From Malacoraja senta (lineage: Eukaryota), in assembly GCA_038087875.1 (NCBI GenBank), contig CM075978.1, positions 55,924,001-55,988,000 on the forward strand: DNA of 64,000 bases, given 5' to 3'. Positions 39,170-51,125 of this stretch are shown here, piece by piece. Positions within the stretch are counted from its first letter, which is position 1. Each line of letters starts with the position of its first letter. Below the pieces are notes generated by a model. That model was given only the letters and a program-made list of their open reading frames with translations, was not told the DNA's origin and ran no database searches. The position numbers and the translations under genes were made by a program.

Positions 39170-39640
39170 TAGTACAGTGATAGAGTTTCTGCCTCGCAGC
39201 CCGACAAACCCAGGTTCAATCCTCACCCAAGAGGCTGTCTGGGTGGAGTTTGCATGCTCTCCCAATGATCGCACAGGTTTCTCTAAGGTGCTCCACATTC
39301 CACAAGCAGCTTGGTGGGGATCATTGGTCTTTACCCTAGACTTTAAAGATACAGCGAGGTAACAGGCCCTTCGGCTCATCGAGTCCGCGCCGACCAGCGA
39401 TTGCCTCTTCCTCACAAGGGACAACACTCACTATCCTGCCCAGGAGGGACAATTTACAATTTTACAGAAGCCAATTAACCTACAAACATGTACATCTTTG
39501 GAGTGTGGGAGGAAACCAGAGCACTCAGCGAAAACCCATGCGGTCACAAGGAGAACGTACAAACTCCATACACACAGCACCTGTAGGCAGGATCAAACCC
39601 AGGTCTCTGGCGCTGTAAAGCAGCAACTCTACTGCTGTGC
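39170..39640. mobile_element. Two HE1-like SINE pieces in opposite orientation
   Basis: + piece with ggttcaatcc and ggagtttgcatgctctcc; - piece with gagaacgtacaaactcc and gctgtaaagcagc. Confidence 0.7.
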
Positions 39641-40989
39641 CCCCACCCCCCCTCCTTTCGCTGAAACGTGTCCCAAGTGAGGGGTACATTCGGTGGATAA
39701 TTGATGAGAATGCGCAGAGAATTATTCTTGGTCAATAAGGGGCTTAACATTTTGAGATGTTCTCAAGAGTAAGAATGCTGCAGTTTTTCAAGGCACGTCC
39801 TTGAATCTTCTCATCTGTCCATCTGGTAAGATCATACCATGAGAGAACCTCAACAGAGCGCCCCTTTCAGGAGACTGCCATTGGGCTAACAGTCGGCAGA
39901 GGATGCCAGTCCGAGGAAGGGTCCCAACTCGAAACATCACCAGTCCATTCTCGCTACAGATGCTGCCTGACCCACTGGGTTACCCCAACACTCTGTGTTT
40001 TGTGCAAGAGGAAGCTAATGTTGGTTTGCTTATAAAGCTCATAAAATGGAAGTATATATAATGCTTCAGGCCCCCTTGTCATTATTTTGTTTCACGTGCA
40101 AACTTTCACTTACATTGGGACAGTTGATAAATGATCCAATAGTGATCAACTGATACATTCGAATATAAAGGAGAGATTTATTTCAGCAACTTGGAACTCA
40201 CTGTTAGTCATCTATATTAACGGTTTGGGTGAGAAATTAGTTCACATGGTTAGTAGGTTTGCTGATGATATCAAAATTGGTGGTACAGTGAATAGTGGAG
40301 ATTATTTAAGATTACAATAGGATCTAGATCAACTGGAAAGCTCGGCCAACAGAATGTGAGCCCAGTTATGTAATCGCTGTCTTGCTCCATGCTATCCAGT
40401 GACTATGTGTGAGTCATGCTGTGAATTTTGAAGTGGAAGAAAGCAAGCTCTGAACTCAGTCTCTCTCATACTTGGGGAGTGCACTCATTGTTGTCTCACT
40501 AGAATATCATATACCCTCAACTCAGACCTATTTCTTCATTGTCACTGAACAAATATAGCTCCTCACGCTCTCCAATAACATTACTCAATACATTCCATTT
40601 TACAGCGATGTTGATTTTTTTTCCAGGCAGTTGCAGTACTTTATTATCTTAAACATAATTGGTATTGGTTTATTGTAATTTCTCCTAAGATACAGTGAAA
40701 AACATGATCGAAACAAATCACGAATATAATCCTGCAGGGCAATAGAGAAAATATGCAGAATGCAGAATATAATGTTGCAGCTGCACAGGAAATGCAAGAG
40801 CCACAATGAGGTAGATTGGAAGATCGAGAAATTAATCCTTACCATGTGAGGGGTCTGTTCAAGAGTTTGATAACAGTGGTGAAGAAGCTGTTCTTCAACA
40901 GCTAAAATGTTAGTGCTTGGATGATATTGCACATTAACAGTTATTACTCAGTAATTGAGACGCAAGGAACTGCAGATGTTGGAATCTGG

Positions 40990-41935
40990 TGCAGATCAAG
41001 AGTTCCGCAAGTGTTGGTGCTGGGGCCGCTGCTCTTCATGTTGTAAATTTATTATTTAGATAAGGCTTTGTGACATTATACGAAAATAGGTGGAGGGGCA
41101 GTGTAAAGAAAGCAGGGACTCTACAGGAGTACTTGGACAGGTTGGGAGCGAGGGCAGAGAAGTGGCAGATGGAATATAGTGTAGCATAGTGTAGAGTCAT
41201 GCATTTTGGTAGTACGAATAAAGGTGTAGACTATTTTCTAAATGGGGAGAGAATCCAGAAATGCAAAGGGACCAAGTCGAATCGGTAGTAAAGAAAGCAA
41301 ACGCAATGCTAGCATTTATTTCGAGAGGGCTTATGTACAAAAACAGGGATGTAATGCTGAGGCTCTACAAGGCGCTGGTAAGGCCGCATTTAGAATATTG
41401 TGAGCAATTTTGGGCACCATATCTGAGGAAGGATGTGCTGATTCTGGAGAGGTTCCAGAGGAGTTTTGCAAGAATGATCCCAGGTTGAGTAGGTTAACAT
41501 ATGATGAGTGTTTGACAGCACTGGGCCTGTACTCGTTGGAGTTTGGAAGAATGAGGGGGGGACCTCTAAAACTTACAAAATAGTGAAAGGCTTGGATAGA
41601 GTGGTTGTGGAGAGGATGTTTCCACTAGTAGGAAAGTCTAGGACTAGAGGTCATAACCTCAGAATTAAAGGACATTCTTTTATGAAGGAGATGAGGAGGA
41701 ATTTCTTTAGTCAGAGGGTGGTGAATCTGTGGAATTCTTTGCCACAGAAGGCCAGTTCAGTGGATATATTTAAGGCAGAGATAGGTAAGTTCTTGATTAG
41801 TATGGGTGTCAGATGTTATGGGGAGAAGGCAGGAGAATGAGGTTAGGAGGGAGAGATAGATCAGCCATTATTCTACGGCGAAGTAGACAATGGGCCGAAT
41901 GGCCTAATTTGCTCCTATCACTTATGATCTTTATG
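40990..41935 (+). mobile_element. CR1 LINE 3' part
   Basis: VKKANAMLAFISRGL..LYKALVRPHLEYCEQFWAPYL motifs plus 3' UTR. Confidence 0.9.
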
Positions 41936-41987
41936 AACACAAAATGCTGGAGTAACTCAGTGTGTCAGGCAGTATATCTGGTCAATA

Positions 41988-43065
41988 AAGACTGACGTCT
42001 ATTATAAACCTGCCGACTCCCACAATTGTCTTGACTACACCTCTGCCCACCTTGTCTCTTACAAGGATACCATCCCTACTCTCAATTTCTCCATCTCCAC
42101 CGCATTTGCTTCCACAATGAGGCTTTTCACGTTGGGACATCTGAGATGTCCACTTTCTTTAATAAATGTGGTTTCCCTCTTGCTGATGTGAATGGATACC
42201 TCACCTGTGTCTTCTCTGTATTCATAGTTCTGTTCTCACTCCCATTCCTCTTTGTTCCCCTGGTTCTTACCTTTCAATTACTCCGGTCTCTATTTTCAAC
42301 ACATCGTCCCACATTTCCGCCACCTCCAATGTAACACCACCACCAGTCACATTTTCCCGTCCTCATCTCTTTCCACCCTAACCCCAGCAGCTCTTCCAGG
42401 TGATACAGAGGTTCACATGCACCTTCTCTAACCTCATCTACTGCATTTGGTGTTCCGAATGTGGCCTCCTTTACATCGGAGGGACCAAGTGTAGACTGAT
42501 TAACTATTTCTCTGAACCATTGCACTCGGTCTTCCAAGGCCTGCTGGATCTCCTGGTTGTTAACCATTTGAACTCCTCTTCCCTTTCTGTCCAGGGCCTC
42601 CTCCACTGCCAGTAAGGACACTTGCAAACAGGAGCAAAAGCTTGAGGAAATCATATTCCGCTTGAGGAATATTCCTCCTATTCTCCAATTGTATGTAACA
42701 CCTCCCTTTTAATCCTCTCTCTTTCCTGTGGCCCAGGCCATCCCAGTGCATACCCATTTCTCCCACCATCCCAAAACCCTTTTGCAACATGTCCCCTTCT
42801 TATATCCCTACCTTTACATTTAACTCCTCTTCTCTCCTCATCTAACTCCCTTTTGACACCTTTTCATCTCTAGCCTTTGTCCACACATCAGCGAGTCACA
42901 CTCCCTCACCTAATACTTGCCAGGCTATGTCCTGCTCACACCTCTTTTCCAGCTTTCTACCCCCCTACAATGTCTGAAGAAGGGTCCTGACCCAAAACAT
43001 CACCTATCCATGTATTCCAGAGATGCTGCCTGACACGCTGAGTTACTCTAGTGTGTTGTGTTTTA
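41988..43065 (+). mobile_element. Old Penelope 3' relic
   Basis: QRFTCTFSNLIYCIWCSECGLLYIGGTK; pyrimidine-rich UTR; degenerate hammerhead-like motif at 42974. Confidence 0.8.
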
Positions 43066-46000
43066 ATGCACAATAATATTCTGGTGGAAATACCACCCGT
43101 CTCTTTGTACAGGGCACTGCCAAAAGGCATGGTGCATGTCCTGTAATGTTGATGGTTCCCACAAGGGGGTGCTCTCAACAAGCTGAAAGTTATCCAACTT
43201 TCTCCTTTCACTGGGAGTGACTGGAATGTATCTCTGAAAGTGGCCAGTACAATTGTAACAAATAATGTATTTGTTTTTATTCCAAATTCCTATTTGTATT
43301 CTGATGAGTGTGGTGGGCTAATGATTTTCAGCATTAAGATGAAATATTTGCTGAGGTCAGACTGCAACTAAACACCAGGCAGGGCCATGAATCTGCAAAC
43401 GTAACTGTGTACATCTCTGCATACACTGTCTGACTTGCTGAATATCCCTGGTGTTTTCTTGTTGTAGGTCACACAGTACATTCAGCTGAATGTAAGTTGT
43501 ACTGCTCCAAGTTTAAGAAATTAAGGCCACTGCCTTTTTTTCAGTAAATATCACCCCCCCCCCCCACCTAAGTTATTATTGAACATGCTGCTGCAGGCTC
43601 CAAAGCAGTGAATGCCAGGGCACAGCAGTTGAATAAATACCTCCTCATCTCCCCTCTGCCTTTTGTGCCATTGAGCTTCACTCTTCATCAGCCTGCTGTT
43701 GGTCTTCCCTCTCCTGACATACTAAAGTGCTCATTCCTATCCACTTCACCAAGCTGCTTACTGTCTAGACCCCTTTCCTGATCCAGAGTAATCCTAATTT
43801 CTCTATCCTCTGGATATAACCGAAGCCCCCCCCTCCCCCCAACATCCTGTAGATGTGACATGTCCAAATTTGTTAGTCCATCTTTATAAAATAACAATTA
43901 GGATTTATATATCTCCTTTAACATCGTGAAACATTGCAGGGTGCTTAACAGCAACGTCATGCAACAGAATGTGGCGGTAAGCTGCAAACATTAAAGATTT
44001 GATATTTCGGTACAGTCAGATGTTCCAGACTATTGGATGTTATTCCAAAAATGAAACAATCAAACAAATAAATTAATTAATAAATCTGTAGGTAAGTGAG
44101 GAAGTAACTAACTAAATAAATAAATAAACAAATAAATACATAGATTAATAAATCAAATAAGTAAATAAATAAAGAAGAAAGCTCCAGAGGAATTCAATGG
44201 ACCAGGCAGCAGCTGTGGAGGGAATGGACAATGCTGCCTGCTCATTCCCCTCCACTGATCCATTGAGTTTCTCTCGAACTTTGTTTTTTGCTCAATATTC
44301 CAGCATTTGAAATCTTTTGTGTCTCTATTGAATGTTATTTCTATTTATACCCCAACGCACATTAAATTCACTATTATCGGATGTTAAACAGCGTTTAAAT
44401 AAAGTTTCCAGTCAACCAAATGTTGATGGGGAAGTGGGAATAGGGCCCTGGTGAATTTAAATTGTACTTGAATAACTGGATGTGTGTGCACCAAATTCAG
44501 ATGTGAATGTAGCAGCGTGGAACAAACATCTGTACTGATAGAAATGTTGGGATAAACAACTGGACAGGTAGATATCTGGCTCAACATCAGGATAAAGAGA
44601 GATTGGAATAAACCTCTGCCTAGCTGGGGAATTAGACCAATTATTCAAGGGGCGGGTGAGGCATGGGCTGGCAGGTAATAAGTGGTTGATTGATTGATTG
44701 ATATTTTATTACCTCATATGACATTTCACAGTGAAATTCTTTGTTTTGCATACCCGAAAAGCAAAGTATGCAGAGTCATCATGTGTCGGGCACTGACAAA
44801 GTTACAGAGTATTCAAAGTCGTTCCAATGGTCCCTCTTTGTTCTCAGCGGCCCCAAGCAGGACTGGGTGGATCCAGGTTTAGAGGGGTTGATGGGCAGAT
44901 GGACCCAGATGGGAGGAGGTAAGGGTGGAGATTGCAACAGAGTCTGGGAGGTGATAAGTGGAGATCACGAGGGGTTTCAGATTATAGAAGCTGATAGAAA
45001 GGAAAGTGATAAGTGGTCGCTCCGGATTGCAGATTCTGCATTTGCCTGTCTCTGGGGAAATGGAGTCTGGAGTGGTAGGGATATTGTTTCAACAGGAAAG
45101 GAGGTGGGCTGAAGGCTTGTTTAATGTAGTGTGTGGAGGTCATTTGTGAGAGTCCAGTATTAAAACAAAAAAGTAGAAAAACAATGCTCAGGGAACTGAG
45201 GGTGTAATGTGCAGCAAAGGCAGAAATGGATCAACGAGGAAAACTTCATTGGAAAGGAATATTTGTATTGGACACAGTCTGCTGAGATGTGAGCTTGTTG
45301 AGGTATAAATGATCAGGGAAATAACTTTGTGCCATTGCATAGAACTGTGCTCTTATCCAATATGTTTGCATGCTCACGGATAATGGGACATAGATTTGTT
45401 TAAATAAGAAAAGATGCTTTCATGAAATATTGATATTTAAGGTAAAGCAAAATAAGCACCCCATTATTGATGGAGGGACCCAGGTTTGAAATGTCTTGTT
45501 ACATTGGTCCTTATGTCCCAAACAAATTTTTTCAGAGGGAATGAAGAATAACATTTTGTTGTATGTATTTAGAATGACAATAAAGTGTATCATTTATTAT
45601 TATTGTTATTATTATTATTATTATGTATTTATGTATGTAAGTGTGTCTGGTGAAATACCAGGGTGCCTACAGTTGCAGGAAGGATGCCTGGTTGCCGAAA
45701 AGTCTGCAATTTCCCAGTTACCCATGGAAATGGCCACAGACGTCTCTTTTTCAGAATATTGCATTTTCTACTTCCTCATAAATTATTGAGAACCAAGCCA
45801 CTTAGAGTCCATCTTGTCAAATGTGTTGCTCTCCTCATATCGTGTTTCAGGGTATAATATTTCTGTAATGCTCAGCATCCTCCAGACTGTTCCCATAAGT
45901 TTCAGGATCAATAACACTCAGCTTGGAGCCTGATGATGACCTTCAGTCTATCTTTGCTCCTGCTGCAGTATTCCATCGATGTGAAAAGTGTTGCTTAATG

Positions 46001-46289
46001 ACCCAGAATTCTCCGGCAAACTAATGGGGAGAGTAATATGGCCCATCATAATTTACGGACAAATGGTGCAGTGACTGCAGGTGAGGGCCAAACGTGCTGT
46101 AGGCCACCTGTCTACAAGCTCCTGTGTTGACCATCTCTAATTCACCACAGACATCGAATGATATGAAGTTGCTGCGTCTGGGAAATTTGGATAAAATTTG
46201 GCGTGGATGGTAAAGAATTGTCGTTTCCAGTCTGGGCACCCTGTCAGCGACATGAGTGCATTATTTTCAGTCGACCTGGTTGGCCCTAA

Positions 46290-49200
46290 AGGTGAAATAT
46301 TACTTCTGTGGGTGGGTTTAAACTAAATAGCAGGAGGGAGGGGTCGGCAAATTGGAAGTTTAAGGATGGAGTTAAAGGGAAAGAGAGGAGTACAGGTAAA
46401 GTTACGAAAGACACCCAAATGAATGGGACGGAAAGTTCAAGAAGCGATAAGAGGGTAATGTCAGGTGAAATAGGAACCGGTGTGAGAGGGGAGGTGAATA
46501 TCGAATTAAAAGTGTTATATATGAATGCGCGAAGCATAAGAAATAAAGTGGATGAGCTTGGGGCTCAGTTAGAGATTGGTAGGTATGATGTTGTGGGAAT
46601 TACAGAGACATGGCTGCAAGAGGATCGGAGCTGGGAACTGAATATTCGGGGTTATATGTCCTATTGAAAAGACAGACAGATGGGCAGAGGGGGTGGGGCA
46701 GCGGGGGAAACCAGGCACCGCACATCACCTGGCCAATACCATACCTACGATGAAGCATGGTGGTGGCAGCAGCATACTATGGGGATGGTTTTCAGTGACA
46801 GGAACTGGGAGACTAGTCAGGATCGAGGAAAAGATGAACAGAGCAAAGTACAGAGAGATCCGTGATGAAAACCTGCTCCAGAGCATTCTGGACCTCAGAC
46901 TGGGGCGGCGGTTCACCTTCCAACAGGACAACGACCGTAAGCACATAGCCAAGACAACGCAGGAGTGGCTTCGTGACAAGTCTGTGGATGTCCTTGAGTG
47001 GCCCAGCCAGAGCCCGGTCTTGAACCTGATCGAACATCTCTGGAGGGACCTGAGAATTGCTGTGCATCAACGCTCCCCATCCAACCTGACAGAGCTTGAG
47101 AGGATCTGCAGAGAAGAATGGGAGAAATGACCCAAATACAGGTGTGCCAAGCTTGTAGCGTCATACCCAAGAAGACTTGAGGCTGTAATCGCTGCCAAAG
47201 GTGCCACCAACAAAGTACTGAGTAAAGGGTCTGAATACTTATGTAAATGTGATATTTCAGTTATTTCTTTTTAATTACTTTGCAAAAATTTCTAAACACC
47301 TGTTTTTGCTTTTTTATTATGGGGTATTGTGCATAGATTGATGATTTAAAAAAAAGAATTTAATCCATTTTAGAATAAGGCTGTAACGTAACAAAATGTG
47401 GAAAAAGTGAAGGGGTCTGAATACTTTCTGAATGCACTGTATCTACAGGCCCCCAAACAATAGCCTGGATATAGGGTGCAAGTTGCATCAGGAGTTAAAA
47501 TTGGCATGTAGCAAAGGTAATGCTATGGTTGTTATGGGAGATTTCAACATGCAGGTAGACTGGGAAAATCAGGTTGGTACTGGACCCCAAGAAAGGGAGT
47601 TTGTGGAGTGCCTCTGTGATAGATTCTTAGAGCAGCTTGTACTGGAGCCAACCAGGGAGAAGGGAAATCTGGATTTAGTGTTGTGCAATGAACCGGATTT
47701 GATAAGGGAACTCAAGTTAAAGGAACCACTAGGAGGTAGTGACCATAATATAATAAATTTTAATCTGCAATTTGAGAGGGTAAAATCAGAAGTGTCAGTA
47801 TTGCAATTGAACAAAGGGGACTATGGAGGCATGAAAGAGGAGCTGGCCAAAGTTGAATGGAAAGGGACCTTAGCAGGGATAATGGTGGAATAGCAATGGC
47901 AGGAATTTCTGGGAATAATCCAGAAGATGCAGGATCAATTAATTCCAGAGGAGGAAAGATTCTAAGGGGAGTAAGAGGCAACCGTGGCTGACAAGGGATG
48001 TCAAGGACAGTATAAAACGAAAGGAGAAGAGAAAAGAGAAGACGTATAACATAACAAAGATGAGCGGGAAGCCAGAGGATTGGGAAACGTTTAAGGTACA
48101 ACAGAAGGTATTTCATTGTCCTATCAGGGACACATGACAATAAACTCACTTGAACTTGAACTTGAAGGTAACTAAAAAGGTAATACGGGGAGAAAAGATG
48201 AGGTACGAAGGTAAGCTAACCAAGAATATAAAGGAGGATAGTAAAAGCTTATTTAGGTATGTGAAAAGGAAAAGATTGGTTAAGACAAATGTGGGTCCCT
48301 TGAAGACAGAAACAAGAGATTAGTGGGCAAAATTAGAGCACATGGTATTGGGGGTAGGGTATTGAAATTGATAGAAAGTTGGCTGGCAGACAGGAAACAA
48401 AGAGTAGGAATTAACGGGTCCCTTTCAGAATGGCAGGTAGTGACTCGTGGGATGCCGCAAGGCTCGGTGCTGGGACCGCAGCTATTTACAATATATATTA
48501 ATGATTTAGATGAATGAATTAAGAGTAACATTTGCAAATTTGCAGTTGACACAAAGCGGGGTGTGAACTGTGAAGAGGATGCTATGAGGATGCAGGGTGA
48601 TTTGGATATGTTGGGTGTGTGGGCAGATGCATGGCAGATGCAGTATAATGTGGATAAATGTGAGGTTATCCACTTTGGTGGCAAGAACAAGAAAAACAAG
48701 AAGGCAGATTATTATCTGAATAGTTTAAGAAGGTAGACAAAAATTCTGGAGAAACTCAACGGGTGAGGCAACATCTATGGAGCGAAGGAATAGGTGATGT
48801 TTCGGGTCGAGACCCTTCTTCAGACTTATCTGAATGGTGTCAGATTAAGAAAAGGGGACAAGGAGACCTGGGTGTCCTTCTACATCAGTAATGGCATGTT
48901 GGCCTTCATAATGAGAGGATTTAAGTATAGGAGCAGAGGTCCTTCTGCAGTTGTACAGGGCACACAACACTTGGAGTATTGTGTGCAGTTTTGGTCTCCT
49001 AATTTGAGGAAGGACATTCTTGCTATTGAGGGAGTGCAGCGTAGGTTCACCAGGTTAATTCCCGGGATGGCGGGACTGTCATGAGGAAAGAATGGACCGA
49101 CTGGGCTTGTATGCACTGGAATTTAGAAGAATGAGAGGGGATCTTATAGAAACATATAAAATTATTAAGGGATTGGACACGCTAGATGCAGGAAATTTTT

Positions 49201-49508
49201 CCCGATGTTGGGGGATTCCAGAACTAGAGGCCACAGTTTAAGTATAAAGGCTAGGCCATTTGAAACTGAGATGAGGAAAAACTTTTTCACCCAGAGAGTT
49301 GTAAATCTGTGGAATTCTCTGCCTCAGAAGGCAGTGGAGGCCGACACTGGATGCATTCAAAAGAGCGTTAGATAGAGCTCTTGGAGCTAGCGGAATCAAG
49401 GGATATAGGGTGAAGGCACTGATTGTGGATGATCAGCCATGATCACAGTGAATGGCGGTGCTGGCTCGAAAGGCTGAATGGCCTACTCCTGCACCTATTT
49501 TCTATGTA
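46290..49508 (+). mobile_element. Long CR1 LINE (endonuclease + partial RT) with nested insertions
   Basis: LKVLYMNARSI..GITETWL, YRPP..VMGDFN..SDH (APE domain), [10 protein letters not shown] (RT) and 3' tail tctatg; internal deletion near 48310. Confidence 0.9.
46700..47439 (+). mobile_element. Tc1 transposon right half, nested in CR1
   Basis: [19 protein letters not shown] and [15 protein letters not shown] motifs; ends gaatactttctgaatgcactg|ta. Confidence 0.9.
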
Positions 49509-51125
49509 CAGTGGCTTGCAAAAGTATTCATACCCCTTGAACTTTTCCACATTTTGTCACGTTACAACCACAAACGTAAATGTATTTTATTGGGATTTTA
49601 TTTGATAGACCAACACAAAGTGGTGCATAATTGTGAAGTGGAAGGAAAATGATACATGGTTTTCAAATTTTTTTACAAATAAAAAACTGAAAAGTGTGGC
49701 GTGCAAAAGTATTCAGCCCCCCTGAGTCAATACTTTGTAGAACCATCTTTCGCTGCAATTACAGCTGCAAGTCTTTTGGGGTATGTCTCTACCAGCTTTG
49801 CACATCTAGAGACTGAAATTTTTGCCCATTCTTCTTTGCAAAATAGCTCAAGCTCAGTCAGATTGGATGGAGAGCGTCTGTGAACAGCAATTTTCAAGTC
49901 TTGCCAGAGATTCTCAATTGGATTTAGGTCTGGTCTTTGACTGGGCCATTCTAACACATGAATATGCTTTGATCTAAACCATTCCATTGTAGCTCTGGCT
50001 GTATGTTTAGGGTCGTTGTCCTGCTGGAAGGTGAACCTCCGCTCCAGTCTCAAGTCTTTTTCAGACTCTAACAGGTTTTCTTCCAAGATTCCCTGTATTT
50101 GGCTCCATCCATCTTCCCATCAACTCTGACCAGCTTCCCTGTCCCTGCTGAAGAAAAGCATCCCCACAGCATGATGCTGCCACCACCATGTTTCACAGTG
50201 GGGATGGTGTGTTCAGGGTGATGTGCAATGTTAGTTTTCCGCCTACACATAGCGTTTTGCATTTAGACCAAAAACTTCAATTTTGGTCTCATCTGACCAG
50301 AGCACCTTCCTCCACATGTTTGCTGTGTCCCCCACATGGCTTGTGGCAAACTGCAAACGGGACTTCTTATGGCTTTATTTCAACAATGGCTTTCTTCTTG
50401 CCACTCTTCCATAAAGGGCCGATTTGTGGAGTGCACGACTAATAGTTGTCCTGTGGACAGATTCTCCCACCTGAGCTGTGGATCTCTGCAGCTCCTCCAG
50501 AGTTACCATGGGCCTCTTGGCTGCTTCTCTGATCAATACTCTCCTTGCCCGGCCTGTCAGTTTACGTGGACGGCCATGTCTTGGTAGGTTTGCAGTTGTG
50601 CCATACTCTTTCCATTTTCGGATGATGGATTGAACAGTGCTCCGTGAGATGTTCAAAGCTTGGGATATTTTTTTATAACCTAACCCTGCTTTAAACTTCT
50701 CCACAACTTTATCCCTGACCTATCTGGTGTGTTCCTCGGGCTTCATGATGCTGTTTGTTCACTAATGTTCTCTAACAAACCTCTGAGGCCTTCACAGAAC
50801 AGCTGTATTTATACTGAGATTAGATTACACACAAGTGGACTCTATTTACTAATTAGGTGACTTCTGAAGGCAATTGGTTGTATTGGTTTTTATTTAGGGG
50901 TATCAGAGTAAAGGGGGCTGAATACTTTTGCACGCCACACTTTTCAGTTTTTTATTTGTAAAAAAATTTGAAAACCATGTATCATTTTCCTTCCACTTCA
51001 CAATTATGCGCCACTTTGTGTTGGTCTATTACATAAAATCCCAATAAAATACATTTACGTTTGTGGTTGTAACGTGACAAAATGTGGAAAAGTTCAAGGG
51101 GTATGAATACTTTTGCAAGCCACTG
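49509..51125 (-). mobile_element. Full-length Tc1 transposon, about 215-bp TIRs, transposase disrupted
   Basis: ta|cagtggcttgcaaaagtattc ... gaatacttttgcaagccactg|ta; paired-like HTH and DDE pieces ([24 protein letters not shown]); early TAG and frameshifts. Confidence 0.95.

Noticed and set aside
45650-46285. Unique-looking stretch as a coding exon
   Set aside because: Frames checked on both strands close early, with no recognisable homology or clear splice pair.
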